Origin: Candidatus Bathyarchaeia archaeon
GTDB taxonomy: Archaea > Thermoproteota > Bathyarchaeia > Bathyarchaeales > Bathycorpusculaceae
NCBI GenBank assembly: GCA_049515895.1
Contig: JBEKTQ010000007.1
Span: 96,001 to 160,000, forward strand
DNA length: 64,000 bases
Reading direction: 5' to 3'
This document shows, one piece after another, positions 1-10,667 of this stretch (within the stretch, counting starts at the first letter, position 1; every line of letters starts with the position of its first letter). The notes below the pieces were generated by a model that saw only the letters and a list, made by a program, of their open reading frames with translations, did no database searches and had not been told where the DNA came from. The position numbers were made by a program, and so were the translations under genes.

Positions 1-32
1 CGTTCAAAGCCCACGGTGGAGCCTAATCTGCC
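1..32 (+). ncRNA. possible 3' end of a structured RNA (e.g. SRP 7S RNA), truncated by the window edge
   Basis: ...CCCACGGTGGAGCCTAATCTGCC followed by a pyrimidine/T tract (33-45). Resembles archaeal SRP RNA 3' ends from memory only; could equally be a CDS end. Confidence 0.2.
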
Positions 33-202
33 TTCTTAGTTTTTTCGCGCGCAACCTCGTAAATTCTAAATTAGCCAGCTTAAGTGTGGAGCTTTTTCCG
101 CATAATCATCAAATCGCTGCCAAAACATTTTGATTTTTTTCAACCAAAACTAGTTTTTCCTGGATGAATTCATGTCAGACAGCATGTTGAGAAAGTAGTT
201 CT

Positions 203-697
203 TCACCAGGGGTTCTTTTTCAGCTTCAATTTGAAAGCTAAGTAATTTGTGAATAGATGAATGGGCGGGGTAATTAACAGAACTGTAACTGCCAGTTGCC
301 AACTTACGATGGCTAAAGGAATCGCAAATACAATTGCCCCGACAACAAAATCGACTTGGTCAACGATGGGCAGCAAGCCCCCCGGCGCAATTCCTACTCT
401 TCTCTTTAGAAAAGCGCCTGTCAAATCGCCTAAGAGCGCTCCTAAAGGAATCAAAAAGGCGAATAAAATTGGAAAATGAAAAGCCACAATTTCCATCACA
501 CCAACCATTATCCCGATGGCAAGGCCGAAGAAGAAGCCTCTGAAAGTTTTGTTATCACCGAAAACCCGTTTCCCGTCAAGAAAGTTTTTGCCAAAATCCA
601 TCTTTGTTCCACCACCCGCAAGAACGGGCGTGGCGTTTGCGCAGTAAGCTGGGAAAATGAATTTTAGTGCATCAATGACTAGCAAGGCTATGCTCAT
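203..697 (-). CDS. carS: CDP-archaeol synthase (DUF46/UPF0290)
   Basis: Membrane protein with PAYCANATPV, GDNKTFRG, GDLTGAFLKRR and DQVDF motifs. Confidence 0.9.
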   Translation of the reverse strand: MSIALLVIDALKFIFPAYCANATPVLAGGGTKMDFGKNFLDGKRVFGDNKTFRGFFFGLAIGIMVGVMEIVAFHFPILFAFLIPLGALLGDLTGAFLKRRVGIAPGGLLPIVDQVDFVVGAIVFAIPLAIVSWQLAVTVLLITPPIHLFTNYLAFKLKLKKNPW

Positions 698-708
698 ACG
701 TTCAACCG

Positions 709-1410
709 TTAATATTCTCGGATTTCAGTATCTTGTATTCCAGATTCGAGTATTTGTACATAACAGTTGATTTCTTGGGAGTTTCCTGGTGCCTTTTCAA
801 TGACGGCTTTCAAGGTTTGGGCATACTGGGTCGGTTTCAAAAAAATTATTGTATCAGCCCAGAACTTCAAAACTCTGTTGGCTACTGGTGCAACACTTAC
901 GTTTTCGCTATCAAAAACGCTTCGAACTTGGCTGATTACGATTACAGGAATTTTTCGGATTTTTGCTGTCTGCGCTAAAATTGCCAATTGCCTGTTTAAC
1001 TCACGGTTTACGCTGAAAGCTTTACCTGATTGCTCAGCGACTTCCGCACCGTAAAGTGAAGTCACCGTGTCAATTATTATTAACCCAAAATTTTTAGCCG
1101 TGTAATCTTGAATTCGATCAACAACGGCTGTCTGCTCACGGAAATCCTTGGGTTTAATCAAAATAACTTGTTCCGCAACTTGGTCAAATCTCTCTTTTGA
1201 AAGCTGCGACATTCTTTTCGTTGAGAAAGTGTTGTCGCAATCGATGAAGAGGGTTTTGTAGTTTTGCAATGCGCAGCTGATCGCGCATTGTATGGCAAGC
1301 GTTGTTTTTCCGGTTTCAGGTTCACCATAAATTAAAACTACGTTTTCAGGTAAGATTCCTCCGCCGATGTTGTTGTCGATGCATTTGCAGCCTGTGCTGA
1401 TCGTAACCAT
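709..1410 (-). CDS. radB: DNA repair/recombination protein RadB (RecA-like ATPase)
   Basis: ISTGC..D..IGGG, Walker A GEPETGKT, Walker B IIIDT; no RadA N-terminal domain. ATG at 1410 preferred over TTG at 1422. Confidence 0.85.
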   Translation of the reverse strand: MVTISTGCKCIDNNIGGGILPENVVLIYGEPETGKTTLAIQCAISCALQNYKTLFIDCDNTFSTKRMSQLSKERFDQVAEQVILIKPKDFREQTAVVDRIQDYTAKNFGLIIIDTVTSLYGAEVAEQSGKAFSVNRELNRQLAILAQTAKIRKIPVIVISQVRSVFDSENVSVAPVANRVLKFWADTIIFLKPTQYAQTLKAVIEKAPGNSQEINCYVQILESGIQDTEIREY

Positions 1411-1486
1411 TTTTATACCCAAGTTTTATTAAACTTGAAACTAGTAATGTGTTTTGCACTTAAACGTATACTATAAGGTTGATTGG

Positions 1487-2143
1487 GTGAAAGAAAAAGT
1501 TGCGGTGGCAACGGTACAAGGGAAAGCTTACTTTCTTATCGTTAACGTGTTACATGAGCAAGATATTCCCCTTGTGAGTTTGGTTCCAGGTGCGTCTGTG
1601 CCTTCTGAAGTTAAAGTCGTAATAACCACCGAAAAAGAAAAACACTTGATTAGTCACGAAAAAATTCTGGTCTTGCCTGAAGATGGTGAACTGGATACTT
1701 TGGTCGATGAAGTAAAGCGGATTCTTCATGGAAAAGAAGCGTACGAAAAAATAATAGTCGGTGTTGACCCAGGCGGAGCTATTGGGCTCGCTGTGATCGC
1801 TGACGGCAAAGTCATTGAGGAAAAAAACTGTTTCAGCATAAAAGAGCTTGTCGAATGCATAGTTAAGATGGTTAGGAACGTTAATTTTTGTTTGACAAAT
1901 GTTTCAGTCAAAATCGGCAATGGAGTTCCTATCTGCCAAGAAATTGTTGAAAACTTGGATAACGCGTTGCTGCCTCAGGTTGCGCTTGAAGTGGTAAGCG
2001 AAGAAGGGACTAATCGACCCTTAAAAAAAGCTGGGCGTAGCAGAAAAATCAGGCATATCTCTTCAGCCATACGAATAGCAGCGAGAACAGGCTACATTGT
2101 TCCAAGGGGAAAGCTAATTGCAACGGACAGTAGAATCCAGTAA
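1487..2143 (+). CDS. hypothetical protein with C-terminal RNase H-like (RuvC/YqgF-type) domain
   Basis: IIVGVDPGGAIGLAVIADG strand motif and later VSEEGT; GTG start at 1487 after an SD-like AGGTTGA. Confidence 0.65.
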   Translation: MKEKVAVATVQGKAYFLIVNVLHEQDIPLVSLVPGASVPSEVKVVITTEKEKHLISHEKILVLPEDGELDTLVDEVKRILHGKEAYEKIIVGVDPGGAIGLAVIADGKVIEEKNCFSIKELVECIVKMVRNVNFCLTNVSVKIGNGVPICQEIVENLDNALLPQVALEVVSEEGTNRPLKKAGRSRKIRHISSAIRIAARTGYIVPRGKLIATDSRIQ

Positions 2144-3203
2144 GACAATATTAGTAAACGGCCCCGCATCCGTTAAGGTTGTTTCTGGAAGTGCAGAGAT
2201 CTTCGGCTTCCAAGTTAAACCGTCTAAAAAGGTAGTTGTTCGAGAAGGAAAGCGACTGCCATTTTTCGTGCTTGAAAAATCAGTATTTGACCTGTCGTTA
2301 GGTCCCAACGCAGAAATAGAAGAGACCGCTGGCAGCACAATCCCCGATTCATGGAATAAACCTCTCGAAACAATTTTGATAATGCAGAAAAAACCAGTGG
2401 TTGTTTTGGTTCTGGGAAAAATTGACTCCGGGAAAAGCAGTTACTGCACTTACTTGGTGAACAAGTTGTTGGATGGCAAGTGCAGGGTTGCCGTTTTAGA
2501 CGGCGATTTAGGCCAATCGGACATTGGATCTTCAGGCACCGTCAGCTATGCCATTGCTTCTAGGCCTGTCGCGGAATTGTATGATTTGAAGCTTGAGAAT
2601 GCTTTTTTCGTTGGTGTCACCTCGCCGATGATGGCGATTGTCACCGTAATTGAAGGCTTGGCTGCTTTGAAGGCTGAAATTTTGCAGAGACCCGTTGATT
2701 TTGTAGTAGTTAACACAGACGGTTGGGTTGAAGGCGATATTGCAGTGCGGTACAAGACGGAGTTAGTTAAAGAGTTAAAACCCGACATTATCGTTGGAGT
2801 TCAAGCGGCAGACGAAATTAACAAGTTGATAGAAAATATAGGGCAAGCAGTGCTTAAAGTTGAGCTTTCTTCGTCTCTTAGCCAACGAACTGCGGAAAAA
2901 CGCAAAAGCCTCAGGGAAATGACTTACGCAAGGTACCTGAAGGACGCAAAGCTTCAAAACTACCCCATAAGCCAGGTGGTTGTTGAACCGCCAGGTGGTC
3001 TTCCAAAGAATCAGACGCCGGAGAAAGGATTGCTTGTCGGGCTGTATGCGTCAGCAAGCAAATTTTTAGGAATCGGCGTCTTGCGCGAGATTAACCAGGT
3101 GAGACGAGCTTTAAAAGTGCAAACGGCTGTTTCAGCCAAGCCGTTGAGAATTGTTATAGGGAAAGTTTGTTTAGATGAGAAGTTGAGGGAAATTCAAGAT
3201 TGA
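2118..3203 (+). CDS. Clp1/Grc3/Nol9-family polynucleotide 5'-hydroxyl kinase
   Basis: P-loop GKIDSGKS, DGDLGQ, VNTDGWV, R..LRE..Y..Y lid, and N-terminal GSAEIFG. Confidence 0.85.
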   Translation: MQRTVESSKTILVNGPASVKVVSGSAEIFGFQVKPSKKVVVREGKRLPFFVLEKSVFDLSLGPNAEIEETAGSTIPDSWNKPLETILIMQKKPVVVLVLGKIDSGKSSYCTYLVNKLLDGKCRVAVLDGDLGQSDIGSSGTVSYAIASRPVAELYDLKLENAFFVGVTSPMMAIVTVIEGLAALKAEILQRPVDFVVVNTDGWVEGDIAVRYKTELVKELKPDIIVGVQAADEINKLIENIGQAVLKVELSSSLSQRTAEKRKSLREMTYARYLKDAKLQNYPISQVVVEPPGGLPKNQTPEKGLLVGLYASASKFLGIGVLREINQVRRALKVQTAVSAKPLRIVIGKVCLDEKLREIQD

Positions 3204-5128
3204 CCTTTGAAAAAGTCTCTTATTTCCTTTGCCAAAACACCTTTTTCGTTCTGAAGCGTTTTCATGCCATTGGTTATCCATGTTGGTAGGAAGCTGCGGC
3301 AGTAGCTCGTGGAGAATCGGTAATCCAAAAAGATAATTGCTCCCATATCATCTAACGTTCTTATCGGTCTTCCTGCGGCCTGAGACGCTTTTTTCATGGC
3401 AGGCAAAATGTACCCGTATTCGCGACCGAACCCTGGAAAACGCTTCTCATAATATGCAATCTGCGCTTTCACCCTCGGCGTCGGCTCCGCATATGGGACA
3501 CCTGCAACCACAACAGAGTTCATTTGGTTGCCCGGGAAATCCACGCCCTCCGAGGTTCTTCCTCCCTGCACACCGAGGAAAACGGCGCCGCCTTTGCTAC
3601 CAAATGCCTTAAAATCTTGGACCATTTTCTCGTTGGCTTTAGAAGTCATATCTCTTCGCTCATGAAAAAGCGGTTTCTGCAATGAATTCTCTAAGCCTTC
3701 GTTAACTAGCGAATTTAAAACTTCAAATGAGGCGGCAAAAACCCCAGTGTTAGTCGGAGTGTTCTCCACCACCTCGTTTATTCGCTCTATCATTGTCTGG
3801 TACATGCCTGGGGTTCTTTTCTCCAAAGATGTGCTGACACCACAGCAAACCGCCGAGAAAATGTGCTCCCTAGGAAAAGGCGACGGCACAATGCATTCAA
3901 CGGTATTCTGAGGTAGTTTAGTTATTCTTTCAAAAGCCCTAAGAGGCTGAAGCGTACCTGACATTATCACGTTGGAGTAAGTCGATGAGAAAACGGGTTC
4001 TGTGATTTTCGACGGGTCCAAGGCAACAATCTGCAGCTTCGCCGTCCTGTTTCTTTCCTTATTCAGGTAGCAGCTTGCAACGTTAATGTAAGAGTCGTCT
4101 CCCAAAGTGTCAATACATTTAAGCAGAAACTCGCTCATCGCATGAATATAAGAACGTGGATTCTTCCCTTCAGCCAACAAGCTCTTCCTGATTGCGCTGC
4201 CTGCATCATGTAGCTGCTCAAAAAACTCGCGTGGATTTTTGATGTTTCCTTGCTTCTCGATGATCTCAATTATGGATTCGGGAGAAATGATTTCTTCTCG
4301 GTGGACATGTTCAATTAGTTTTTCCACTTCAGTTCTAAAGAATAAAGTAAACTCTTCAGCGTCCTTGTTATGGAATCTGTTTGCTTCCAGTTCTGCCTGC
4401 TTCATCACAAAAAGCGAAAGACTTATGCTTGAAATCTCGATGGCTGTTTCAGGTAAGTTGTGGGCTTCATCAACTATCAATATGATTTTCCCAAGTTCAG
4501 TCTCCAAGTTTTTCAGAAAAGCATTTCGGATTGCAGGATCGAAAACGTAGAGGTAGCTTAATGCAATTACTTTGGCGTCTGATAGGGCTGCCTTGACTAA
4601 TTCATAAGGGCAGACTTTTTTTTTCTTGCAAATCCCTATGATTTCCGAGGCCATGTACGGTTTGGTTGCAACTTGTTGCTGAAGCACAAGGTAATCATAT
4701 GTTCGCTCGTCTACGCCTACGTAATATGGGCATCTGCCTTTGGCTTTGAGTAATTCGCAGACTTCCATAAGTGATTTTGAATCAAATGCGCCTCTCTGCG
4801 CGAAAACGTTTAGGCACATCTCGTTGCGTCCGCGGATTGAAACACCTGAAATACGGTGCTTATTGTATATTGCTCGTAACTCTTCTATGACCCTGTCATG
4901 CTGCCGATGAGTTCTAGCAACATAAAGTATCTTCAAGTTCTTCTCAACGGCTACGGGCACGCAAGCGGAAAGAGCCGAAATGGTTTTTCCTAACCCGTTG
5001 CTACCTTCAATCAGAACCGAGCGCCTCTCATGCACAGCATTGTAAACCGTGCTGACGAACTCATCTTGGTGGGGTCGCACGCTGGAGTAAGGAAAGAACG
5101 CGGATACTTGACTAGGCAGCTTAAGCAT
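3194..5128 (-). CDS. xpd: XPD/Rad3/DinG-family ATP-dependent DNA helicase (Fe-S)
   Basis: GSNGLGKT, Fe-S cysteines (MC..CELL..CPYY..CPYE), DEAH, SGTL, SEGVDF, QAAGRPIR. Confidence 0.9.
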   Translation of the reverse strand: MLKLPSQVSAFFPYSSVRPHQDEFVSTVYNAVHERRSVLIEGSNGLGKTISALSACVPVAVEKNLKILYVARTHRQHDRVIEELRAIYNKHRISGVSIRGRNEMCLNVFAQRGAFDSKSLMEVCELLKAKGRCPYYVGVDERTYDYLVLQQQVATKPYMASEIIGICKKKKVCPYELVKAALSDAKVIALSYLYVFDPAIRNAFLKNLETELGKIILIVDEAHNLPETAIEISSISLSLFVMKQAELEANRFHNKDAEEFTLFFRTEVEKLIEHVHREEIISPESIIEIIEKQGNIKNPREFFEQLHDAGSAIRKSLLAEGKNPRSYIHAMSEFLLKCIDTLGDDSYINVASCYLNKERNRTAKLQIVALDPSKITEPVFSSTYSNVIMSGTLQPLRAFERITKLPQNTVECIVPSPFPREHIFSAVCCGVSTSLEKRTPGMYQTMIERINEVVENTPTNTGVFAASFEVLNSLVNEGLENSLQKPLFHERRDMTSKANEKMVQDFKAFGSKGGAVFLGVQGGRTSEGVDFPGNQMNSVVVAGVPYAEPTPRVKAQIAYYEKRFPGFGREYGYILPAMKKASQAAGRPIRTLDDMGAIIFLDYRFSTSYCRSFLPTWITNGMKTLQNEKGVLAKEIRDFFKGQS

Positions 5129-5795
5129 GTTTATCCCCTAAACCGTTCGACGGACAATAACAGTTAACTGGGCAGTAATGACAGCGTGGGCGTTTTGCTT
5201 TGCAATATTTCCTGCCGTGTGCAATAAACAGCAAATGAACAGCCAAATAATCCTTTGGCTCAAAAACTGACTGGAGGCTCAAGCGTACAGCCTCGTAGTC
5301 CCCGATTGACGGTGCTAAACCAAGTCGTTTAGACACCCGGTTCACGTGGGTGTCCACGGGGATGGTGGCTTGGTTGGCTGAGAATAGCAAGACAACATCA
5401 GCCGTTTTCGGTCCTACTCCAGGCAACTCCATAAGCTTTTTTCTCGCGTCATCCAAAGGCAAAGATAAAACAGGCGCAAGTGAGCCACTGAACTTTTCAA
5501 CAATTATTTTGGAGGCTGCTTGTATTGCCTTAGCCTTGCTACGGTATAAGCCCGCAACGTGAAGGCAGACTTCAATCTTGTCCGCTTCAGCGTTAGCCAT
5601 CGCTTGAGGAGTTACTTCGAAGTGCTTCGACAAGCATTCGAAGGCTCTTTCGGTGATGGTATCAGCCGTGTTCTGTGAAATAATAGTTACAACCAATGTT
5701 TCAAATGGATCAAGCTTTGGCTTAACAGGCTTAGGCAAAGCTAGGGCATCTTGTAATGTCTTCAAGATTGTTGTCGCGCCGGGTTGAGACATCAT
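5121..5795 (-). CDS. nth: endonuclease III (HhH-GPD DNA glycosylase)
   Basis: LPGVGPKTA HhH, VDTHV, C-terminal C-x6-C-x2-C-x5-C Fe-S motif. Confidence 0.92.
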   Translation of the reverse strand: MMSQPGATTILKTLQDALALPKPVKPKLDPFETLVVTIISQNTADTITERAFECLSKHFEVTPQAMANAEADKIEVCLHVAGLYRSKAKAIQAASKIIVEKFSGSLAPVLSLPLDDARKKLMELPGVGPKTADVVLLFSANQATIPVDTHVNRVSKRLGLAPSIGDYEAVRLSLQSVFEPKDYLAVHLLFIAHGRKYCKAKRPRCHYCPVNCYCPSNGLGDKHA

Positions 5796-6453
5796 CTTTG
5801 CCTTGCCTTCTCTCCTCCGAAAAGTATTGCCAAAACTATTGGTTTGCCAGAGCTATAAATGTCATCTCAAAAAAACCCAATTTAAACGGAGATCCCAAAA
5901 ATGAAAGGCGGTTTTACGAAGCATACTCATACGTTAACGCTTGTCTGCTTCCTCTCGGGCTCCTCCTCTAGACCTGCCCATTGGACTAGGTGAAAACATG
6001 AAATAAGCGCGAGAAAAATAGCCTCCAACAGACGATAATCGCTAACCATCTCTCAATTTTAGAAGCTCTAAAAAACTGGATGGGTATTTTAACCGAGCAG
6101 TACTTTCTTAATTTTTAAAGTTACAACTTGGACCATTGAAGTAGAAGAAGAAGTGAGCACACTGCCATTATCTTCTTCTTTTAATAATTAATCGAAGAGC
6201 GTAACCAATCAGAGAGAAAGAGAAGCTCAACCGATATGTAGACTAATATTTGTGACAAAAAACAGCTTCAAGAAGCTAAACATCCTCAACCAGACGTGAA
6301 ACAAAAACACACTCAAGTTCCCCTACAGGCTAAATTTTAGAAATCCCGCAAACCCATGGATTGCTCGGAATGGATTTTGGCTAGGAAAGGTTTTTAGTGT
6401 GGTTATTATATGAGATGTTGAAAAAGTGTATAGTGTAAAATGAGGTTAATATT

Positions 6454-7182
6454 ATGTCAGTGTTTGCAGCACCAGGAGCATATGACCGTGCAATAACCGT
6501 TTTCTCGCCTGACGGACGACTCTTCCAAGTCGAATACGCAATGGAACTAGTGAACCGTGGAGCCACCATTCTGGGCATCCAATGCCAAGAAGGCTTAGTT
6601 CTGGGCTCAGAAGAAAACATCGAAGTCCTGGAAGAAGCAGGTTACTCATGGAAAATCTTCAGGGTAGATGATCATATTGGCGCGGCAATAGTCGGCTTAA
6701 GTTCAGACGCCAGAATACTCATTGATCAAGCACGGATTTACGCTCAAAGTAACAAACTAACCTACGACGAACCCATAGATGTAGAAGTCGTAACAAAACG
6801 CATATGCGACATCCAACAGATGTACACGCAGCACGCAGGTGTCAGACCTTTCGGGGTCTCCATAATCTTCGGCGGCGTCGACAAAACAGGCACACGAGTC
6901 TTCGGCACACACCCAAGCGGAACCTACAGAGGATACAAAGCAACAGCGCTAGGCGCCGGAAGAGAGACGGTTCTACCAATCCTCAAAGAAGAATACAAAG
7001 AAGACCTAACACTTGACCAAGGCATCAAACTAGCCGTAAAATGCTTAATCAAAGCCTTAGAAGCACGCCAGCTGCCGCCTAGAATAAAGATTTCGGTCAT
7101 ACCATTATCGACTAAAAAGATGGAAATGCTAGCAGACGACAAAGTGGAAGCCTACATCAAAGAGCTGGGTTCAAGCAAGTGA
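6454..7182 (+). CDS. psmA: proteasome alpha subunit
   Basis: [20 protein letters not shown] signature and RPFGVS. Confidence 0.97.
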   Translation: MSVFAAPGAYDRAITVFSPDGRLFQVEYAMELVNRGATILGIQCQEGLVLGSEENIEVLEEAGYSWKIFRVDDHIGAAIVGLSSDARILIDQARIYAQSNKLTYDEPIDVEVVTKRICDIQQMYTQHAGVRPFGVSIIFGGVDKTGTRVFGTHPSGTYRGYKATALGAGRETVLPILKEEYKEDLTLDQGIKLAVKCLIKALEARQLPPRIKISVIPLSTKKMEMLADDKVEAYIKELGSSK

Positions 7183-7189
7183 CAACCTG

Positions 7190-7879
7190 ATGAGTGAAAA
7201 GTTCACCGTTGCACGCCTGACAAAAGAAAATGAGCATTTTGAGATTTTAGTCAAACCCCAAAAAGCACTCGATTACCGCAACGGGAAAATCTCAGGGATA
7301 ACAGACGTCTTAGCCGCAGAAATGATATTTTCTGACGCAAACAAAGGAACCAAAGTTTCCGAGGAATCAATGCGCAAAGCCTTTGGAACCGTTGACGCAT
7401 TACAAATCGCTGATACCATACTGAAGAAGGGAACACTTCAGCTTACAACCGAGCAAAGACGCAAAATGGTTGAAGACAAAAGAAAGCAAATAATCGATTT
7501 CATTGCGCGACAAGCAGTTGACCCCAAAACAAACCTGCCGCATCCTCCAATGCGCATCGAGAATGCGATGGAGCAAATTCGTTACCCGATTGACCCATAC
7601 AAGCCAGTTGAGGAACAAGCTAAAGACATAGTTAAACTGCTGCGTCCGATTTTGCCGCTAAAGATTGAGCAAGTCATAGTCGCAGTGAAAGTGCCCGCCC
7701 AGTACTCAGCAAGAGCTTACGGGTCAGTGAAAACTTTAGGTACTATAAAACGTGAAGAATGGCGTGGAGACGGCTCATGGTACGGCGAATTAGAATTGCC
7801 TGCTGGATCCTACGCCTCGTTGCTAAACAAACTTGGCGACGTAACCAAAGGAAGTGGAGAAGCAAAAATAATCTCATAA
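7190..7879 (+). CDS. ribosome maturation factor SBDS/Sdo1
   Basis: [26 protein letters not shown]; conserved position after psmA. Confidence 0.95.
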   Translation: MSEKFTVARLTKENEHFEILVKPQKALDYRNGKISGITDVLAAEMIFSDANKGTKVSEESMRKAFGTVDALQIADTILKKGTLQLTTEQRRKMVEDKRKQIIDFIARQAVDPKTNLPHPPMRIENAMEQIRYPIDPYKPVEEQAKDIVKLLRPILPLKIEQVIVAVKVPAQYSARAYGSVKTLGTIKREEWRGDGSWYGELELPAGSYASLLNKLGDVTKGSGEAKIIS

Positions 7880-7907
7880 AGAAAAACAAATGGATGGTGA
7901 AGATTTT

Positions 7908-8630
7908 ATGCCAGTATTTTACGAAAAAAAACAGCTTGTTACGCCAGGAGAACTGCTTGCTGAAGGCGAATATTTACCTGGCGAAAACACGTACATGGAA
8001 CAAAACAAGATTTACGCCTCAAGAATAGGACTTGTGGATACCGATAATAAGAAAGTAAACGTGGTCGCGCTAAGGGCTTTTTATGTGCCCAAGATGGGAG
8101 ACATCGTGATAGGGGCAGTTCTGGAAGTCGGATTTAACGGCTGGACAATCGATATTAAAGCACCCTACACAGCAATCCTGCGTGCCTCAGACGTTTTAAG
8201 CAGGCCCTTTAAGCCTCAAAACGACGAGCTATCCGCAGTCCTAAACGCAGGCGACTTGATTGTTGCAAAAATTGCCTCATACGACCGAGCCCACGACCCA
8301 CAACTCACAGTTGGAGAGCCAGGGCTGGGAAAGATAACTCGAGGGCAAATCCTTCATGTCACACCTACAAAGATTCCTCGGGTTATAGGTCGAAAAGGCT
8401 CAATGATTTCCATGATCAAACAGGAAACAGGCTGCCAAATCATTCTAGGGTTAAACGGTGTAATCTTGGTCACTGGTAAAGGCCCTGAGGATGAAGAACT
8501 CGCGATAGAGGTCATCAGAAAAATTGAGCAGGAGTCCCACACAAGTGGCCTCACAGATCGTATAACACAGTTGCTTAAAGAACGTAAAGGTAAAGTTGAA
8601 GAAAAAGTGGAGGAAAATAAGAATGAATGA
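7908..8630 (+). CDS. rrp4: exosome RNA-binding protein Rrp4
   Basis: VTPGE, S1 domain [13 protein letters not shown] domain [15 protein letters not shown]; ATG 7908 after GGTGA. Confidence 0.95.
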   Translation: MPVFYEKKQLVTPGELLAEGEYLPGENTYMEQNKIYASRIGLVDTDNKKVNVVALRAFYVPKMGDIVIGAVLEVGFNGWTIDIKAPYTAILRASDVLSRPFKPQNDELSAVLNAGDLIVAKIASYDRAHDPQLTVGEPGLGKITRGQILHVTPTKIPRVIGRKGSMISMIKQETGCQIILGLNGVILVTGKGPEDEELAIEVIRKIEQESHTSGLTDRITQLLKERKGKVEEKVEENKNE

Positions 8631-9357
8631 AAAACCCGAAAAACTGATTGATAAAAAAGGCATCAGGTCGGATGGTAGAAAAGCAGATGAGCTTCGACCG
8701 TTGAAGCTTCAAGTTGGAGTATTATCAAACGCTGACGGATCAGCCTACATTGAACACGGCAAAAACAAAATTTTAGCCGCCGCATTTGGTCCAAGAGAGA
8801 TGCATCCTAAACACTTGGCCATGCCAGACCGTATGGTTCTGCGGTGCCGCTATCACATGGCTCCTTTTTCAGTGCAGGAACGCAAATCACCCGCGCCTTC
8901 AAGAAGAGAAGTTGAACTCTCAAAAGTCATAAAGGAGGCTTTAGAACCGGCTTTGTTCCTAGAACTTTATCCGCGGACAGGCGTTGACGTGTTCGTTGAA
9001 GTCTTGCAAGCTGACGGAGGAACCCGTTGTGCAGCCATCACTGCCGCTGCTTTAGCTATCGCGGACTCAGGTGTTCCAATGCGAGACTTAGTGGTCGCTT
9101 GCGCAGCTGGAAAGATTGATGACACAGTTGTCTTAGACCTTTATGATGCTGAAGACAAGCTCGGCGCTGCAGATGTGCCAGTAGCATACATGCCTAGTTT
9201 AAACGCGATTACGCTGCTCCAGATGGACGGCATCCTCGCTCCAGAAGAGTTTGAAAAAGCCATAAACATGGCTATGGACGGATGCAAGAAAATCTATGAA
9301 ATGCAAAAGGAAGCATTAAAAACCAAGTACATGGTTGTTAAGGAGGCTGAAGAGTAA
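8623..9357 (+). CDS. rrp41: exosome catalytic subunit Rrp41
   Basis: [33 protein letters not shown]. Confidence 0.96.
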   Translation: MNEKPEKLIDKKGIRSDGRKADELRPLKLQVGVLSNADGSAYIEHGKNKILAAAFGPREMHPKHLAMPDRMVLRCRYHMAPFSVQERKSPAPSRREVELSKVIKEALEPALFLELYPRTGVDVFVEVLQADGGTRCAAITAAALAIADSGVPMRDLVVACAAGKIDDTVVLDLYDAEDKLGAADVPVAYMPSLNAITLLQMDGILAPEEFEKAINMAMDGCKKIYEMQKEALKTKYMVVKEAEE

Positions 9358-10148
9358 TGTCATCGTTAATAACTAAAGTAAGACTGAAGCAAATTGAAGG
9401 TCTTCTTGAAAAAGGAAAACGCCTAGACGAACGGGGCTTATGTGACACCAGAGAAATCAAAATTGAGCAAGGCTTAATCGAACGCGCTGAAGGGTCAGCA
9501 AGATGCCTTCTCGGCAAAACTGAGGTTCTTGCAGGCGTAAAAGTTGAACTTGGCGAGCCGTTCCCGGACACACCAAACGATGGAGTAATGACAGTTAACG
9601 CTGAACTTGTGCCCTTGGCTTCACCGAACTTTGAGCCGGGACCACCCGATGAAAACTCCATTGAACTTGCAAGAGTTGTTGACCGAGGCATACGCGAATC
9701 ACACGCAATCGACACTGAAAAACTTTGTATTGAGCCAGGCAAGAAGGTATTCGTTGTCTTCGTTGATGTTTACGTGCTGAACCATGATGGGAACCTGATT
9801 GACTGTTCTGCTTTGGCTGCTCTAGCTGCGTTAATGAACACTAAGATGCCGAACTACGAGATTAAAGACGGCGAAGTGAAGATAAAGCAGGGGTACACTC
9901 CGTTACCGATGAAAAGCCACCCCATAACGGTCACCATCGGCAAGATAAACAACAATTTGATCGTTGACCCATGGCTTGAAGAAGAAAAAGTTATGGATTC
10001 ACGAATAACAATGGCAATCAATGACGAATGTAACATATGCGCTGTCCAGAAAGGCGGCTCAGGCTACTTCACACCGCAACAGATTTTAGAAGCATCAAAG
10101 ATTGCTCAGAAGAAAGCAGTCGAAATACGCAAGAAGCTTGATTGGTGA
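9357..10148 (+). CDS. rrp42: exosome subunit Rrp42
   Basis: GKRLDER, PFPDTP, ELARVVDRGIRES, HDGNLID, QKGG. Confidence 0.96.
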   Translation: MSSLITKVRLKQIEGLLEKGKRLDERGLCDTREIKIEQGLIERAEGSARCLLGKTEVLAGVKVELGEPFPDTPNDGVMTVNAELVPLASPNFEPGPPDENSIELARVVDRGIRESHAIDTEKLCIEPGKKVFVVFVDVYVLNHDGNLIDCSALAALAALMNTKMPNYEIKDGEVKIKQGYTPLPMKSHPITVTIGKINNNLIVDPWLEEEKVMDSRITMAINDECNICAVQKGGSGYFTPQQILEASKIAQKKAVEIRKKLDW

Positions 10149-10153
10149 AAAAA

Positions 10154-10489
10154 GTGCCGAAAACAAAGAAAGTAGGTCCAACAAGAGGATTAGGGCCACG
10201 TTACGGTGCCACAGTTAGAAAACGCTATATCAAAGTCATAAGTGAACTCAAAAGACCTCACAAATGCCCAAACTGCGGCTTCGTACGGGTACACCGTGAA
10301 AGCGTTGGCGTCTGGAAATGCGGCAAATGCAACTATACCTACGCAGGCGGAGCCTACACCCCACTAACGAAGCTGGGAGTCGTGGCGAGGCGTTCAGCTA
10401 AAGGTTTGCCAGTAGAACAAGTAACGAAAGAAGCGGCGAAAGCCTCAGTCGTTGCTACCGAGCCAGCAAACGAAGAAAAAACCGACTAA
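10154..10489 (+). CDS. rpl37ae: 50S ribosomal protein L37ae (eL43) with low-complexity C-terminal extension
   Basis: GPRYGATVRK, CPNC...GVWKCGKC, GGAY; GTG at 10154 after GGTGA. Confidence 0.93.
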   Translation: MPKTKKVGPTRGLGPRYGATVRKRYIKVISELKRPHKCPNCGFVRVHRESVGVWKCGKCNYTYAGGAYTPLTKLGVVARRSAKGLPVEQVTKEAAKASVVATEPANEEKTD

Positions 10490-10667
10490 AACTTTCTTTA
10501 ATTTCATTTTTTTTGAAAGAAAAATCTTTTGTATTCCAGGCTTCATGGTTTCTTAGTAACTTGGTCTCTGTCAAGATAGGCTGATCTTTGCAAATTCACG
10601 TTGCGTTTTCAAAAGCAAACGTTTACCTATGTGAAAAGTTTAATTCTTTCTGCTTCAACTTTTTTTT

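Noticed and set aside
5756-5991. Short ORFs upstream of psmA (71 aa and a 30-aa ORF at 5901)
   Set aside because: No motifs and no compositional signal; the longer one overlaps the nth start.
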